Origin: Solirubrobacteraceae bacterium
Lineage (GTDB): Bacteria > Actinomycetota > Thermoleophilia > Solirubrobacterales > Solirubrobacteraceae
Length of the DNA stretch: 64,000 nucleotides
Direction of reading: 5' to 3'
NCBI GenBank assembly: GCA_049591495.1
Contig: JBAWFB010000040.1
Coordinates: forward strand, 3,752-67,751
Every line of letters starts with the position of its first letter. The stretch's first letter is position 1. Position numbers and translations under genes: made by a program. Below are positions 36,611 to 45,916 of this stretch, piece by piece. Below the pieces are notes generated by a model. That model was not told the DNA's origin, ran no database searches, and saw nothing but the letters and a program-made list of their open reading frames with translations.

Positions 36611-37264
36611 TCAGGCCAGTAGCTGCATCGCGGCGAACATGTAGGCCATGCCGAGCGTCATCACGAACATCGACCCTCGCAGGTCGCGCTCACAGATCAA
36701 CGGCTGGACGGCTGTCGCCGTCAGTGTGCCGTCCGCGTTGATGGCGTTCCCGCCGATGATCGTGTGCGAGTCGAGTTTACGGTAGGAGTTCGTCACCCAC
36801 ATCAGCGCCTGGGCGGCGAAATACACGACGAGCAGCCATGTGATCGGCGCGACAAAACCGGCTGGCGAGAACATGTAGACCATTGCGCCGAGATCGACCG
36901 CCATGACCACCCACAGCATGTTCACCGCGCGACCGCTCAACGCCTGCGCGAGAATCCACGCGAGAACGAGTCCGGAGGCGTTGGCGAACAGCAGTTGCCA
37001 GAAGCCGTTGGGGATATTGAAGTGATCGAGAGACATCGGCGCGAACATGAAGGTCATGCCGAGCGCCATCAGCACGTGGCCGGAGTGCCACCAGCGTCGC
37101 CCGTCCTGGGTCTCTGCCACGTGACGTGCGTGTAGAACCAGGACAAGCAGAAAGGCCAGCGTCCAGATTACCGCCAGCCAATTCGGGAGGATGCTCGTCG
37201 TGCCGTGGGGTGCGCTCATCGACATCCCGCCCATCGCCATCTTTGTCGAATGGGTGTCGCTCAT
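36611..37264 (-). CDS. Polytopic membrane protein with Met/His-rich N-terminus (DUF5134-like)
   Basis: N-terminus MSDTHSTKMAMGGMSMSAPHGTT followed by about 6 TM helices. It ends 27 nt upstream of the ATPase start. Confidence 0.6.
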   Translation of the reverse strand: MSDTHSTKMAMGGMSMSAPHGTTSILPNWLAVIWTLAFLLVLVLHARHVAETQDGRRWWHSGHVLMALGMTFMFAPMSLDHFNIPNGFWQLLFANASGLVLAWILAQALSGRAVNMLWVVMAVDLGAMVYMFSPAGFVAPITWLLVVYFAAQALMWVTNSYRKLDSHTIIGGNAINADGTLTATAVQPLICERDLRGSMFVMTLGMAYMFAAMQLLA

Positions 37265-37300
37265 ATTGGTTCCTTTCCTAGTTGCATCGAGGGCTGGAGA

Positions 37301-38365
37301 TCAGACAGCAGGGACCATCTGCTCAGGCGGTCTCACGTGCACTGCATCGCGCTCGTGCGCTCGTGCGACCGTGGCCTGGGGCATCAGCGTGAGCGCTAGC
37401 AGCACGAACAGAGGCGCGGCGTTGACATCAGTCTGGTTGCCGATCCAGAATGGGCCACCGAGGCTCTGCCCGAGCAGCCAATAGGCAAGCGAGATCACGA
37501 TCCCGATGGCAAGCGCTGGCGAGCGCATTGGTGTCCACACGCCGATCGCCACGGCGAGTGAGACGATCGCCAGCACGACGGCGATCGTGGTGCCGTGACC
37601 GTGGGCTTGGTTGGCCACAGACATCTGCACTTTGGCCAGCCAGTGTGGTGAGCCTTCCGCCATCCCCTTGATCATTTCCTGGGTGGCGCCCTTGGCCCGG
37701 TTGACGTTCACCAACCATAGACCCGCCGACAGCGCCCACAGACCAGACCACACATACAGGCCACCCCGGTCGCCCAACGGTCCCGTGTCAGCGGCTGAAC
37801 GGCCATCCTCCCTGCCCGTAGGCCACATGAGCAGGCCGACAATCGCATACAGGATCACCCCGCCAGGAGCGCCCATTAGCGGCGATGGCAGCGTGTTCGA
37901 GGTCAGCCCGCCGAAGCCCTCGCCGAACCACCAAACGACCAACGCCCACAAAAAGGACACCAAAAGCGCGGGCTTCACAGCCCTCTTGCTCACGATCAGC
38001 CCGAGACCGATCGCGCACTGGATCTCACCAGCAAGTGTGTTCCACAGCGTCAGGTCACGACCATAGAAGTCTTGAAACGTTCTCATCGGACCGCCGATGA
38101 ACCCAGGTTGTCCCTTTGCTGCCGGTGCGAACACTTCGGTGATGAACGCGTGGCTATACATGAAGCTCTGAAACTGCAACAGCCCATCCAGCAGCCAGAT
38201 CACACCGAGCGCGATCTGGATGCCGCGTCGTGTGACCCGCACACGACCGAGCAGCGGTACAGCTTGAGGTGGATCCTGCGCGCTCGCCCGCGCAGGATCG
38301 TATGCGTGAGGCATTGCGTAACTCCCATCGCGAATTGAGGCCCAAGCGACCGCGTGGGTCGTCAT
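37301..38365 (-). CDS. Polytopic membrane protein of unknown function
   Basis: 354 aa with multiple hydrophobic helices (IALGVIWLLDGLLQF, LLVSFLWALVVWWFGEGFGG, IAVVLAIVSLAVAIGVW). It is in the same orientation and tightly spaced with the copper genes. Confidence 0.6.
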   Translation of the reverse strand: MTTHAVAWASIRDGSYAMPHAYDPARASAQDPPQAVPLLGRVRVTRRGIQIALGVIWLLDGLLQFQSFMYSHAFITEVFAPAAKGQPGFIGGPMRTFQDFYGRDLTLWNTLAGEIQCAIGLGLIVSKRAVKPALLVSFLWALVVWWFGEGFGGLTSNTLPSPLMGAPGGVILYAIVGLLMWPTGREDGRSAADTGPLGDRGGLYVWSGLWALSAGLWLVNVNRAKGATQEMIKGMAEGSPHWLAKVQMSVANQAHGHGTTIAVVLAIVSLAVAIGVWTPMRSPALAIGIVISLAYWLLGQSLGGPFWIGNQTDVNAAPLFVLLALTLMPQATVARAHERDAVHVRPPEQMVPAV

Positions 38366-38430
38366 AGACCGAGTGGTGCCCCGCCTGTCAGGCAGGGCTC
38401 AGGCGACTGGGAACGCGGGCCGCGCCTAGC

Positions 38431-38784
38431 TCAGCAGCAGCAGCCCGCGACGAGTGGCGGGGGACGACTGGCAAGCGAGCGAGCGATCAGCGACCCACCG
38501 CGCGGAACCTCCATCACACGCCAACGCTGATGGGAGACACCGACCACACCCTTGCGTGACCGGGTTACTCGCGCCGCACGGAGGCGCTCGATAACGCGCT
38601 CGCCCGGGTAGTGACCACCGAACAAGACTCCTCCCAGCACCAGCGCTGGGAGCATGAACAACAAGCCATTCAGGGAAGCCCCGGCAAGGTGTCCCGACAG
38701 GACCACGCTGAGTGCCAGGAGAACGGCCAACGCCGTGAGCCGAAGGGCTCGCTGGCCTACGAGAACACGACACCGAACTCCCAT
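38431..38784 (-). CDS. Small two-TM membrane protein ending in Cys-Cys-Cys (hypothetical)
   Basis: LTALAVLLALSVVLSGHLAG and LLFMLPALVLGGVLFGG are hydrophobic helices, and the C-terminus is ...PPLVAGCCC. Third-codon positions are mostly G/C. A competing overlapping frame (38426..38812) looks non-coding (Arg/Ser/Pro-rich). Confidence 0.4.
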   Translation of the reverse strand: MGVRCRVLVGQRALRLTALAVLLALSVVLSGHLAGASLNGLLFMLPALVLGGVLFGGHYPGERVIERLRAARVTRSRKGVVGVSHQRWRVMEVPRGGSLIARSLASRPPPLVAGCCC

Positions 38785-39406
38785 TGCGCCGCGAGACTAC
38801 CATCACACGCAAGCCACTGAGCCAGTGTCAGATCTCGCTTGCGTCGAGGCCTCTGCTGGGTCCGCCGGTCTATCGGCTTTGCCCGAGATCGCCGCGCGAT
38901 TTGAGCCACTGGCAGCCACAGTGGTCGGCGCACCACATGGATTTGAGCGCTTGGCCCTAAGTCCTCACCGCTTGCTTGTGTCGAATCTGCCACGTACGTA
39001 GTGTTCTGCCTTGTCACTTGCCTGCGTTTGGCCATGGCGAAAACGCCGGATGGCTTCGGCGAGCTCCACGACTTGCATCCCCCACTTTGGGGCCTGGCGC
39101 CATGCTCGATAGCCAATCAGGGCGATGATCTCCAGGAATGTGAGATGCAACATGTATGCCGGCTCTCTGGAATTTAGGCGTGCATAGGAATGGTTTGTCT
39201 GGCAAACACGGTTCTAGTGAACCGGCTGCGCACAAAATAACACACTTCTCGGCGTGGTGCAGACAAAAGGCGCCTATGCGACGCATGGGGTTGCCAGACG
39301 CCTCGCACAAAGCCTGTGACCCATGCGGCGGGCGATCTGCTCGACGGCGACGACAGAACTGCACTGAGACCCTCAACCTCGGGGCCCGAGATTCCGCGCG
39401 GGCTCT

Positions 39407-39715
39407 CTAACTTCTGGACTGCTCCACGTTGGCGCTCACCACATAAACGATGTGTGCCCGGGCGATAGCCATGAAAGCGTGCTGCTCGACCGGCCCGCCG
39501 TCGAGCGGTTGCAGCGTGACGTCGGTGAGCGTGAGGAAGTCGCGCTCGGAGGCGTTGAGCATGTCGGAGACGCGGCTGCGGTAGCCGTCGCGGGCGAGCA
39601 TCAGCAGCCCGTCGATGCGGTGGCGGGGCGTCTCCACGCGGATCCGCTCGCGTCGCTCTTCGGCGCCGTTGGGGTCTTCGGCGAAGGCGTTGTCGCCGGT
39701 TGGTGGGGTTGTCAT
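39407..39715 (-). CDS. Hypothetical protein (102 aa)
   Basis: The ORF has coding-like composition (RIDGLLMLARDGYRSRVSDMLNASERDFLTLTDVTL). I cannot name a family. Confidence 0.5.
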   Translation of the reverse strand: MTTPPTGDNAFAEDPNGAEERRERIRVETPRHRIDGLLMLARDGYRSRVSDMLNASERDFLTLTDVTLQPLDGGPVEQHAFMAIARAHIVYVVSANVEQSRS

Positions 39716-39808
39716 CGCTTCATTATCCGAGTTGAGGGACCGGATGGGCGATCCACGCTGTGCTCGTGACGGCTTGGGAGCCCAGATTGAGGTTGGCGCC
39801 CAACCGGA

Positions 39809-40546
39809 TCACGGTGCGGCGATGGCAAACCCTACACTCGAGGATGGCGAGCTGGGCGAGCGGGCGTCGTATGTGATGACCTCGAATTCATTCGCGGCGC
39901 AGTCGTTGCGCTGAGCGTCGAGCACGGCAATGGCAACCGCTCCGCCCGTGCTGTAGCTCGACTCGCCCGTCACGATCGCTGGCTCGCCCGCAGGGTTGAT
40001 CGAGGCTGAGGTGGCAAGACAGTAGGTGCCGGTCAACACTCGGCGGATCGAGGCGAAGTTCGAGGTTTGAGGAGTAACGAACCCTTTGCTGGAAGCGGTT
40101 GGTTCGACTTCCGCGGGATTGACGACCGCGAAGGCGCGCGCGGTGCCTGGATTCCCTTGGGGTCCTTGAGCGCCTTCTTTGCCGTTGCTCCCGTTGGTCC
40201 CATTGGCCCCATTTTTCCCAGTGGCCCCCGTTTTCCCAGTGGCCCCCGTCTTCCCTGTTTTGCCGGTCGCCCCCGTGAACCCGCGTGGCCCTGCCGGCCC
40301 GGGAAGCCCACGGGGGCCCACCACGAGGCACTCGCGCACCTTGTGTTTGGCGATCCGTGCCGTGAAGCATTTGGCGGCCGAGGTGTGGGCGGTGGGGATC
40401 AGGTTGACCCCGGCGAGCGCGGGCACGGCGACGGTCATCGCGCCGAGCACTGCGGGGGTGGCGAGAAGTGTGAGGGTGCGGTGGCGCATGGCGTGAATGT
40501 CTCCCAGTCGTGCTTCGATCTGCCGTTGAAGGCCCGTGTTGACCAT
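39809..40546 (-). CDS. Secreted collagen-like triple-helix repeat protein with C-terminal globular domain
   Basis: Signal peptide [21 protein letters not shown]. It has 19 consecutive G-X-Y triplets ([58 protein letters not shown]). Confidence 0.8.
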   Translation of the reverse strand: MVNTGLQRQIEARLGDIHAMRHRTLTLLATPAVLGAMTVAVPALAGVNLIPTAHTSAAKCFTARIAKHKVRECLVVGPRGLPGPAGPRGFTGATGKTGKTGATGKTGATGKNGANGTNGSNGKEGAQGPQGNPGTARAFAVVNPAEVEPTASSKGFVTPQTSNFASIRRVLTGTYCLATSASINPAGEPAIVTGESSYSTGGAVAIAVLDAQRNDCAANEFEVITYDARSPSSPSSSVGFAIAAP

Positions 40547-40615
40547 AACCCAGGCAGAGTGTGGAAGGAGCGGTGCTCGGCGACGGCGCGGATCGTGGGG
40601 TGTGTGCGGGTCTTC

Positions 40616-41629
40616 CTAGCCCACGCGCTCGGGCATGCGCGCGGGCAGCCCGGAGCGCACGGAGGCGATGGGCCCGTCGACTCCCCCGGGCCGGTTACGC
40701 TCCTCGCGCACTATGTAGAGCGGGCGGTGCTTGACCTCGTCGTAGATGCGCCCCACGTACTCGCCGATCACGCCGAGCGCGATCAGCTGGATGCCGCCGA
40801 GCAACAGGATCGCGATTGTGATTGTGCTGAAGCCGGGCAGGTAGGAGTTGGTGAAGTGCAGCAGGATCACGACTGGGATCGCGATGAAGGCGACGCTCGC
40901 CGACAGCAGGCCGGCGTAGGTGGCCAGCTGTAGCGGCAGGTGCGAGAAGGAGGCGATCGCGTCGAGCGAGAAGCGCAGCATCTTGCGCAGCGTGTACTTC
41001 GTCTCGCCGGCGGCGCGTGCGTCGCGCTCGTAGGGGACGGCCGTCTGCGTGAAGCCGACCCACACGGTCATGCCGCGTAGGAAGCGCGAGCGCTCGGTCA
41101 TCGACAGCAGCGCGTCGAGCGCGCGGCGGTCGAGCAGCCGGAAGTCGCCGGAATTGGGCTCCAGGTCGACCTGGGCGAGCTTGTCGAACAGCTTGTAGAA
41201 CCAGGATGCGGTGGCGAGCTTGAAGGCGGTCTCGCCTTCGCGTTGGCGGCGCACCGCATAGACCACATCGGAGCCGAGCGTCCACTGCTCGATCATGCGG
41301 GGAATCAGCTCGGGGGGATCCTGCAGGTCGGCGTCGATCATCGCCACGACATCGCCGGTGGCATGCTCCAGCCCGGCTGTCAGGGCGGCCTGATGGCCGA
41401 AGTTGCGCGAAAGATGGATGACTCGCACGCGAGGATCGGCGGCGGCGATACGGTCGAGCAACTCGGGCGTGGAGTCGGAGGAGCCGTCGTTGACGAGCAC
41501 CAGCTCAAACGTGTAGTCGGCCACTGCCGCGCAGGCGCGCGCAACGAAAGCCTCGACGAGCTCCTCCTCGTTGTAGACGGGGGCTACGACACTGAGCAAC
41601 GCTGGGACGCGTGCAGGGGTTTGCGGCAT
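40616..41629 (-). CDS. GT2 polyprenyl-phosphate glycosyltransferase (GtrB/ArnC/Dpm1-like)
   Basis: Motifs are LSVVAPVYNEEELV, VLVNDGSSDST and IDADLQDPPE, with two C-terminal TM helices. Confidence 0.85.
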   Translation of the reverse strand: MPQTPARVPALLSVVAPVYNEEELVEAFVARACAAVADYTFELVLVNDGSSDSTPELLDRIAAADPRVRVIHLSRNFGHQAALTAGLEHATGDVVAMIDADLQDPPELIPRMIEQWTLGSDVVYAVRRQREGETAFKLATASWFYKLFDKLAQVDLEPNSGDFRLLDRRALDALLSMTERSRFLRGMTVWVGFTQTAVPYERDARAAGETKYTLRKMLRFSLDAIASFSHLPLQLATYAGLLSASVAFIAIPVVILLHFTNSYLPGFSTITIAILLLGGIQLIALGVIGEYVGRIYDEVKHRPLYIVREERNRPGGVDGPIASVRSGLPARMPERVG

Positions 41630-41669
41630 GGTTCCTTCCGGAGACGGCGAAGCTGGTTAAGTAGGGACC

Positions 41670-42140
41670 ATGAGAAGAGTAGGGGACAGCGCCGCGCGTT
41701 TGGTTAGAACTCCTTTGGTTGCGCAGTTCGTGAAGTTTGGGATCGTGGGCGTGTCCAACACCCTGATCGCCTTCGCGGTGTATGCGCTGCTGTGGAAGGC
41801 GTTCGGCGTGTGGTACGTGGCGGCGTCGGGTATCGGCTTTTTGATCGGCGCGGTCAACGGGTTCGTGTGGAACCGTGCGTGGACGTTTCGCGGGCACGTC
41901 GGTGACGCGCTGACGCCGGTGCGCTGGTTTGTGGTGCAGAGCGCCGGTCTGTGCGTGAACCTCGGCCTCGTGTATCTGCTCGTGGACGGCGCCGGCCTCG
42001 GCAAGCTGGAGGGCCAGGCTGTCACGACTGTGATCGTGACCGTGTTGACGTTCTTTGCCAACCGTGCGTGGACGTTCAGAGGGCACGCTCACGGACATGC
42101 CGCCGAGGCGGCACTGGTGGAGAGGGCGGCGGATTCTTAG
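41670..42140 (+). CDS. GtrA family membrane protein
   Basis: FVKFGIVGVSNTLIAFAVYALL and four TM helices. The NRAWTFRG motif occurs twice. Confidence 0.8.
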   Translation: MRRVGDSAARLVRTPLVAQFVKFGIVGVSNTLIAFAVYALLWKAFGVWYVAASGIGFLIGAVNGFVWNRAWTFRGHVGDALTPVRWFVVQSAGLCVNLGLVYLLVDGAGLGKLEGQAVTTVIVTVLTFFANRAWTFRGHAHGHAAEAALVERAADS

Positions 42141-42157
42141 CGGATGACGCCTGGTCG

Positions 42158-42898
42158 CTAGCGGAACACGGCCAGTAGCGATAGCCCGGCGGGGATCGAG
42201 CTCCCGCGCCCGATCACGGCGGCCTCCAGGTTCAGCGGTTGGCGCAGCGCCCAGTTCAGCGGCGCCGGCGGGATCCACAGGTCGAGGCTCGACTTGGTGG
42301 TGGAGGGCTTGAAGCGCTCCAGCGCGCGCAACGCGATCGCGACGGGCAGCAGCAGCGAGTTGAAGTGCGCGGACCTTTCCGCGCGCCAGCCCGCGCTCTG
42401 CGCGGCGGCAAGCAGCGTGCGGCGGTTGTAGCGGCGGTGATGGTGGTTGATCTCGTCGTGGCCGCTCCACAGCCACTGGTAGGCGGGTACGGTCACGAGC
42501 AGCGCGCCGCCGGGCTTGGTGACACGGCGCAGCTCACGCAGCGCGCCGACGTCGTCCTCGAGGTGCTCGATCACGTCCAGGCTCAGCGCCAAGTCGAAAG
42601 TGGCCTCGTCGAAGGGCATGTCCATGACGGAGCCTTCGAGCACCTCGCCGGTGTCGCGCTCGCGTGCCAGCGCGACGCTTGCGGGCGATAGCTCGACCCC
42701 GGTGACCGTGCCGTGGCGGGCGAGATCGACCATGTTGCGCCCGCTGCCGCAGCCGGCGTCGAGGATGCGGGCGTGCGCGGGCAGCTCAAGCTGCGCGATC
42801 ACGCGCTCGAGCACGCGGCGGCGGCCCTGGTACCACCAGTGGCGGTCCTCCGCGCGGTGTGTTTGCAGCTCGTACTCCAGCTCCATCTGCAGGAGCAT
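42158..42898 (-). CDS. Class I SAM-dependent methyltransferase
   Basis: Motif I is ARILDAGCGSGRNMVDLA. FDLALSLDVIEHLEDD is also present. Confidence 0.8.
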   Translation of the reverse strand: MLLQMELEYELQTHRAEDRHWWYQGRRRVLERVIAQLELPAHARILDAGCGSGRNMVDLARHGTVTGVELSPASVALARERDTGEVLEGSVMDMPFDEATFDLALSLDVIEHLEDDVGALRELRRVTKPGGALLVTVPAYQWLWSGHDEINHHHRRYNRRTLLAAAQSAGWRAERSAHFNSLLLPVAIALRALERFKPSTTKSSLDLWIPPAPLNWALRQPLNLEAAVIGRGSSIPAGLSLLAVFR

Positions 42899-42928
42899 CT
42901 TTCAGGAATGCGCGGCGGCGCGCGGCGC

Positions 42929-42945
42929 GACCCCCGCCGGGGGTC
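42929..42945 (-). terminator. GC hairpin at the 3' end of the GGDEF/HD-GYP gene (candidate terminator)
   Basis: GACCCCC-gcc-GGGGGTC gives a 7-bp perfect stem with a 3-nt loop. It overlaps the stop codon by 2 nt and has no U-tract. Confidence 0.45.
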
Positions 42946-44674
42946 AGTGGCTCATACGGATCAGTTCCGCGTCTGCGCGCTCGCTCTCGCGCTGCAGGGT
43001 CGTCAGGAACGCCTCGACTACGCGCCGGTCGAACTGCGAGCCGGCGCAGCGTTGCAGCTCGGAGCGGGCACCTGAGTGGCCGATCGAGTCGCGGTAGGAG
43101 CGGTCGCTGGTCATCGCCTCGTATGCGTCGGCGACCGCCACGATGCGGGCCTCCAGCGGGAGCGCGTCGCCGTGTAGGCCCAACGGGTAGCCGAGCCCGT
43201 CGGGACGCTCGTGATGGGCGCCCACCCAGACGCGCACGTCGGCGAGGCTTGAGTGTTCGAGCATCTGCGCTCCGAGCTCGGGGTGGCGGCGTATCACCGT
43301 CAGCTCTTCCTCGGTGAGGGGCCCGGGCTTGCGCAGGATGCTGTCGGGCACGCCGACCTTGCCGATGTCGTGCAGCATGCCGGCGAGCCGCACACGGCTG
43401 ACGCGCCGCTCGGAGAAGCCGAGCTCGCGGGCCATCATCTCGGCGTAGCGCCCCACGGTCTCGGAGTGGCGGGCGCTGCCGCTAAAGCGCAGGTCGACAG
43501 CCTCGGCGAGGTCGAGCATCACCGTGAGGAAGCGCTCGCCTTCGACGTCCTGAACTCCGCTGCCGGCGCCGACCAGCTCGTGCAGGAGAGGACTGTGGCG
43601 CACGGTGCGGTTGCGGCCGCTGTCCTTGGCTGCGTAGAGCGCCTCGTCGGCGGCTCGCAGCAGCGAGGCGGCGGTCTCGCCGTGCATCGGATAGGTGGCT
43701 AGGCCGAAGCTGATCGTGATCGGAATGGTGTCGGCGGCGAACTTGTCGCGCAGCGCGCAGCGCAGACGCTCGGCGAGCGCGAAGGCGCCGTCCTGGCCGG
43801 TGTCGGGCAGGATTAGCGCGAACTCCTCGCCGCCGACGCGGGCGGCCGAGTCGATCTGGCGCTTGCCTTCGCTCAGTGCGGTGGCCACTCGCTGTAGGGC
43901 GATGTCGCCGACCTGATGGCCCGAGCGGTCGTTGACTTCCTTGAAGCGGTCGAGGTCGCCGATTAGCACGGTCATCTCGTTTTCGCCGCGGCGCGCCCGT
44001 TCGAGCTCGAGATCGAGCAGCTCGCGAAAGCCGCGGCGGTTGGAGAGCATGGTGAGCGGGTCGGTGCGCGCAGCGTCATAGAGTCTTGAGATCAGCGACT
44101 CGACGCGCACGCGCATGGTCATGATCAGCGCCGCGGCCACCATCAGCGTGCCCATCCCCACAAGCCACCAGGCCGGAACTCCGCTTGTGGGTGGCCTTGC
44201 GAGCAGCAGCGCGCCGTAGGCGACGCCGACGTAGACGATCTGCAGCGCCGCCTCTTTGCGCGTGAGGAAGTAGGAGGCGTAGAGGAAGATCCACAGGTAG
44301 AAGAACACGAGCGGGCTGGGGCTCTCGCCGGAGAAGTAGGCGACGCCGGTGATCAGAGTGCTGCCCCATGCGAGCGTTGGTGGCAGTGTCCAGGCGGGCA
44401 GCAGGCGAGCACGCCATTGCAGGACGGCGGCGATCGCATACGCGTTGGCGACGATCACCAGTAGGCCGAGATCGTTCTGGTAGGCGGGGTGGGGCAGTAC
44501 GACGGTGAGCGCGGCGAGCGTGGCACCTGCTGCGTAGAGACCCGACAGCACCTTCGCCACAAGACTTGTCTGGGAGCTCGTGCCGATCGCCAGCCGACCA
44601 AGCGTGCCGTCGGGCCCGTCCTCCCCCGAGAACGCTTCCATTTTGGACATATCGGCTGTGTGGGCGCGTGGCAT
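42944..44674 (-). CDS. Membrane-anchored diguanylate cyclase (GGDEF) + HD-GYP phosphodiesterase, paralogue A
   Basis: N-terminal multi-TM region, I-site RQID, then VGGEEF. The HD-GYP domain has HSETVGRY, MLHDIGK and HHERPDGLGYPLG. The start is set at 44674 (MPRAHTADMSKMEAF) by alignment with paralogue B; 44650 is the alternative. The 755-aa ORF-track form is an Arg-rich read-through antisense to GH76. Confidence 0.85.
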   Translation of the reverse strand: MPRAHTADMSKMEAFSGEDGPDGTLGRLAIGTSSQTSLVAKVLSGLYAAGATLAALTVVLPHPAYQNDLGLLVIVANAYAIAAVLQWRARLLPAWTLPPTLAWGSTLITGVAYFSGESPSPLVFFYLWIFLYASYFLTRKEAALQIVYVGVAYGALLLARPPTSGVPAWWLVGMGTLMVAAALIMTMRVRVESLISRLYDAARTDPLTMLSNRRGFRELLDLELERARRGENEMTVLIGDLDRFKEVNDRSGHQVGDIALQRVATALSEGKRQIDSAARVGGEEFALILPDTGQDGAFALAERLRCALRDKFAADTIPITISFGLATYPMHGETAASLLRAADEALYAAKDSGRNRTVRHSPLLHELVGAGSGVQDVEGERFLTVMLDLAEAVDLRFSGSARHSETVGRYAEMMARELGFSERRVSRVRLAGMLHDIGKVGVPDSILRKPGPLTEEELTVIRRHPELGAQMLEHSSLADVRVWVGAHHERPDGLGYPLGLHGDALPLEARIVAVADAYEAMTSDRSYRDSIGHSGARSELQRCAGSQFDRRVVEAFLTTLQRESERADAELIRMSH

Positions 44675-44701
44675 GAGTGTGCCGGCCCTACCCTGTGGTG
44701 G

Positions 44702-45871
44702 GTGGAAAGAGCGCTGGTCACCGTCTCGCGCCGCGCCGCAGCGCTGTTGTCGCTGTGCGTGTGCTGCGCGTGGTTTGTGAGCGGATCGGCACGGACGCAG
44801 GCGACGGCGACGGCGCGCGCGATCGGTGCGCGTGGGTCCGTGGCGCAATCGCAGAGCTACTTGCAGATCGCCGAAGCGGGGGTGGCGCGGGCGGAGCGTC
44901 TGTGGCGCAACCCCCATCTGGGCTGGTATGACAGCGTGCTCGACGACCGCGAACGCTACCCGCTGGCGACGGTGTGGGACGCGACGCCCCTGTTTGAGGT
45001 GCTGGATGCGATCGACATCGCTGCGCCGACGCGCGCGCACCGCGCGGCGGTGACGGCGTTTGCGGCGGGCGCTGAGCGCTACTGGAACGCCACGCTGAAG
45101 CCGGTGCCGGGCTTTGCTCCCTACCCTGGCGATCGCGGGCAGGTGGTGACCTGGTTTGATGACAACGGGTGGTGGGGGCTGGCGTTTGTGGACGCCTATC
45201 GCGCCACTCATATCGCCTCCTATTTGAGCGAGGCGGAGCGCGCTTTCGCGTTCATCGCGGAGGCTGGCTGGAACGGCGCGGGGGGTGGGCTGTGGTGGAA
45301 CACCTCACACCCCTACATAGCGGGCGAGCCGTTGGCCGCAGGGTCGCTTCTGGGCGCGGAGCTGCTTGAGCTGACAGGCAAGCCGTTCTATCGCGAGCAG
45401 GTGTTGAAGTTCCTGAATTGGGCCGAATCGGACTTCCTCACCGAACGGCATCTGTACAAGCGCACCGATTCGGACCCGACTCCCACCCCCTACATCGAGG
45501 GGACACTGGTGGAGGCCCACCAGGTGCTGTGCGAAGTGGGAGTTTCTGAAGCCTGCTCGCGCGCCACCGAACTCGCCGATGCGTCTGCAGAACGCTTCTC
45601 TGATCGTCTCAACATGGGCCCGCAGTTCGACACGATCTATCTGCACTGGATGCTGCTCTACGGTGAGCAGACCGGCGACACGCGCTGGCGGGCGCTGGCC
45701 GAAGAGATGGCAACGCGCGCGCAAACCTACGCGCGCGACGCGCAGGGGTTGTATTTGCGCGCGTGGGATGGCACGCCGATCACCGAGCACCAGGCTGTGC
45801 CTAACATGCTTCAAACGGATGCGGCCACGCTCGAGCTGTTTGCTTGGCTGGCGGCCGATCAAGGGTCATAG
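44702..45871 (+). CDS. Glycoside hydrolase family 76-like (alpha-1,6-mannanase fold), secreted
   Basis: Signal-like RRAAALLSLCVCCAWFVSGSA. WFDDNGWWGLAFVDAY matches the GH76 DD...W motif. GTG start at 44702 is inferred. Confidence 0.6.
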   Translation: MERALVTVSRRAAALLSLCVCCAWFVSGSARTQATATARAIGARGSVAQSQSYLQIAEAGVARAERLWRNPHLGWYDSVLDDRERYPLATVWDATPLFEVLDAIDIAAPTRAHRAAVTAFAAGAERYWNATLKPVPGFAPYPGDRGQVVTWFDDNGWWGLAFVDAYRATHIASYLSEAERAFAFIAEAGWNGAGGGLWWNTSHPYIAGEPLAAGSLLGAELLELTGKPFYREQVLKFLNWAESDFLTERHLYKRTDSDPTPTPYIEGTLVEAHQVLCEVGVSEACSRATELADASAERFSDRLNMGPQFDTIYLHWMLLYGEQTGDTRWRALAEEMATRAQTYARDAQGLYLRAWDGTPITEHQAVPNMLQTDAATLELFAWLAADQGS

Positions 45872-45916
45872 GCCGGGCGTGGCCTGCGTGGCTGGGCAAT
45901 GCCACTGAGATAGGTG

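Noticed and set aside
38757-39376. ORFs 38757..39116(-) and 39014..39376(-) as protein genes.
   Set aside because: They have odd composition and no motifs. They overlap each other in a region whose base composition differs from coding DNA here. I kept this only as an unexplained patch in the findings.
33621-39406. A genomic island integrated at tRNA-Ser carrying the copper genes.
   Set aside because: No integrase or recombinase is present, and I could find no direct repeat of the tRNA 3' end. The copper genes also lie on the 5' side of the tRNA rather than the usual 3' attachment side.
44675-45211. The N-terminal extension of about 180 aa in the 755-aa ORF 42944..45211.
   Set aside because: The extension is extremely Arg-rich (RRKRRHRRAVRARRR...). 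It runs antisense through the GH76 gene and has no counterpart in the paralogue at 45917..47644. An internal Met aligned to the paralogue's start was used instead.
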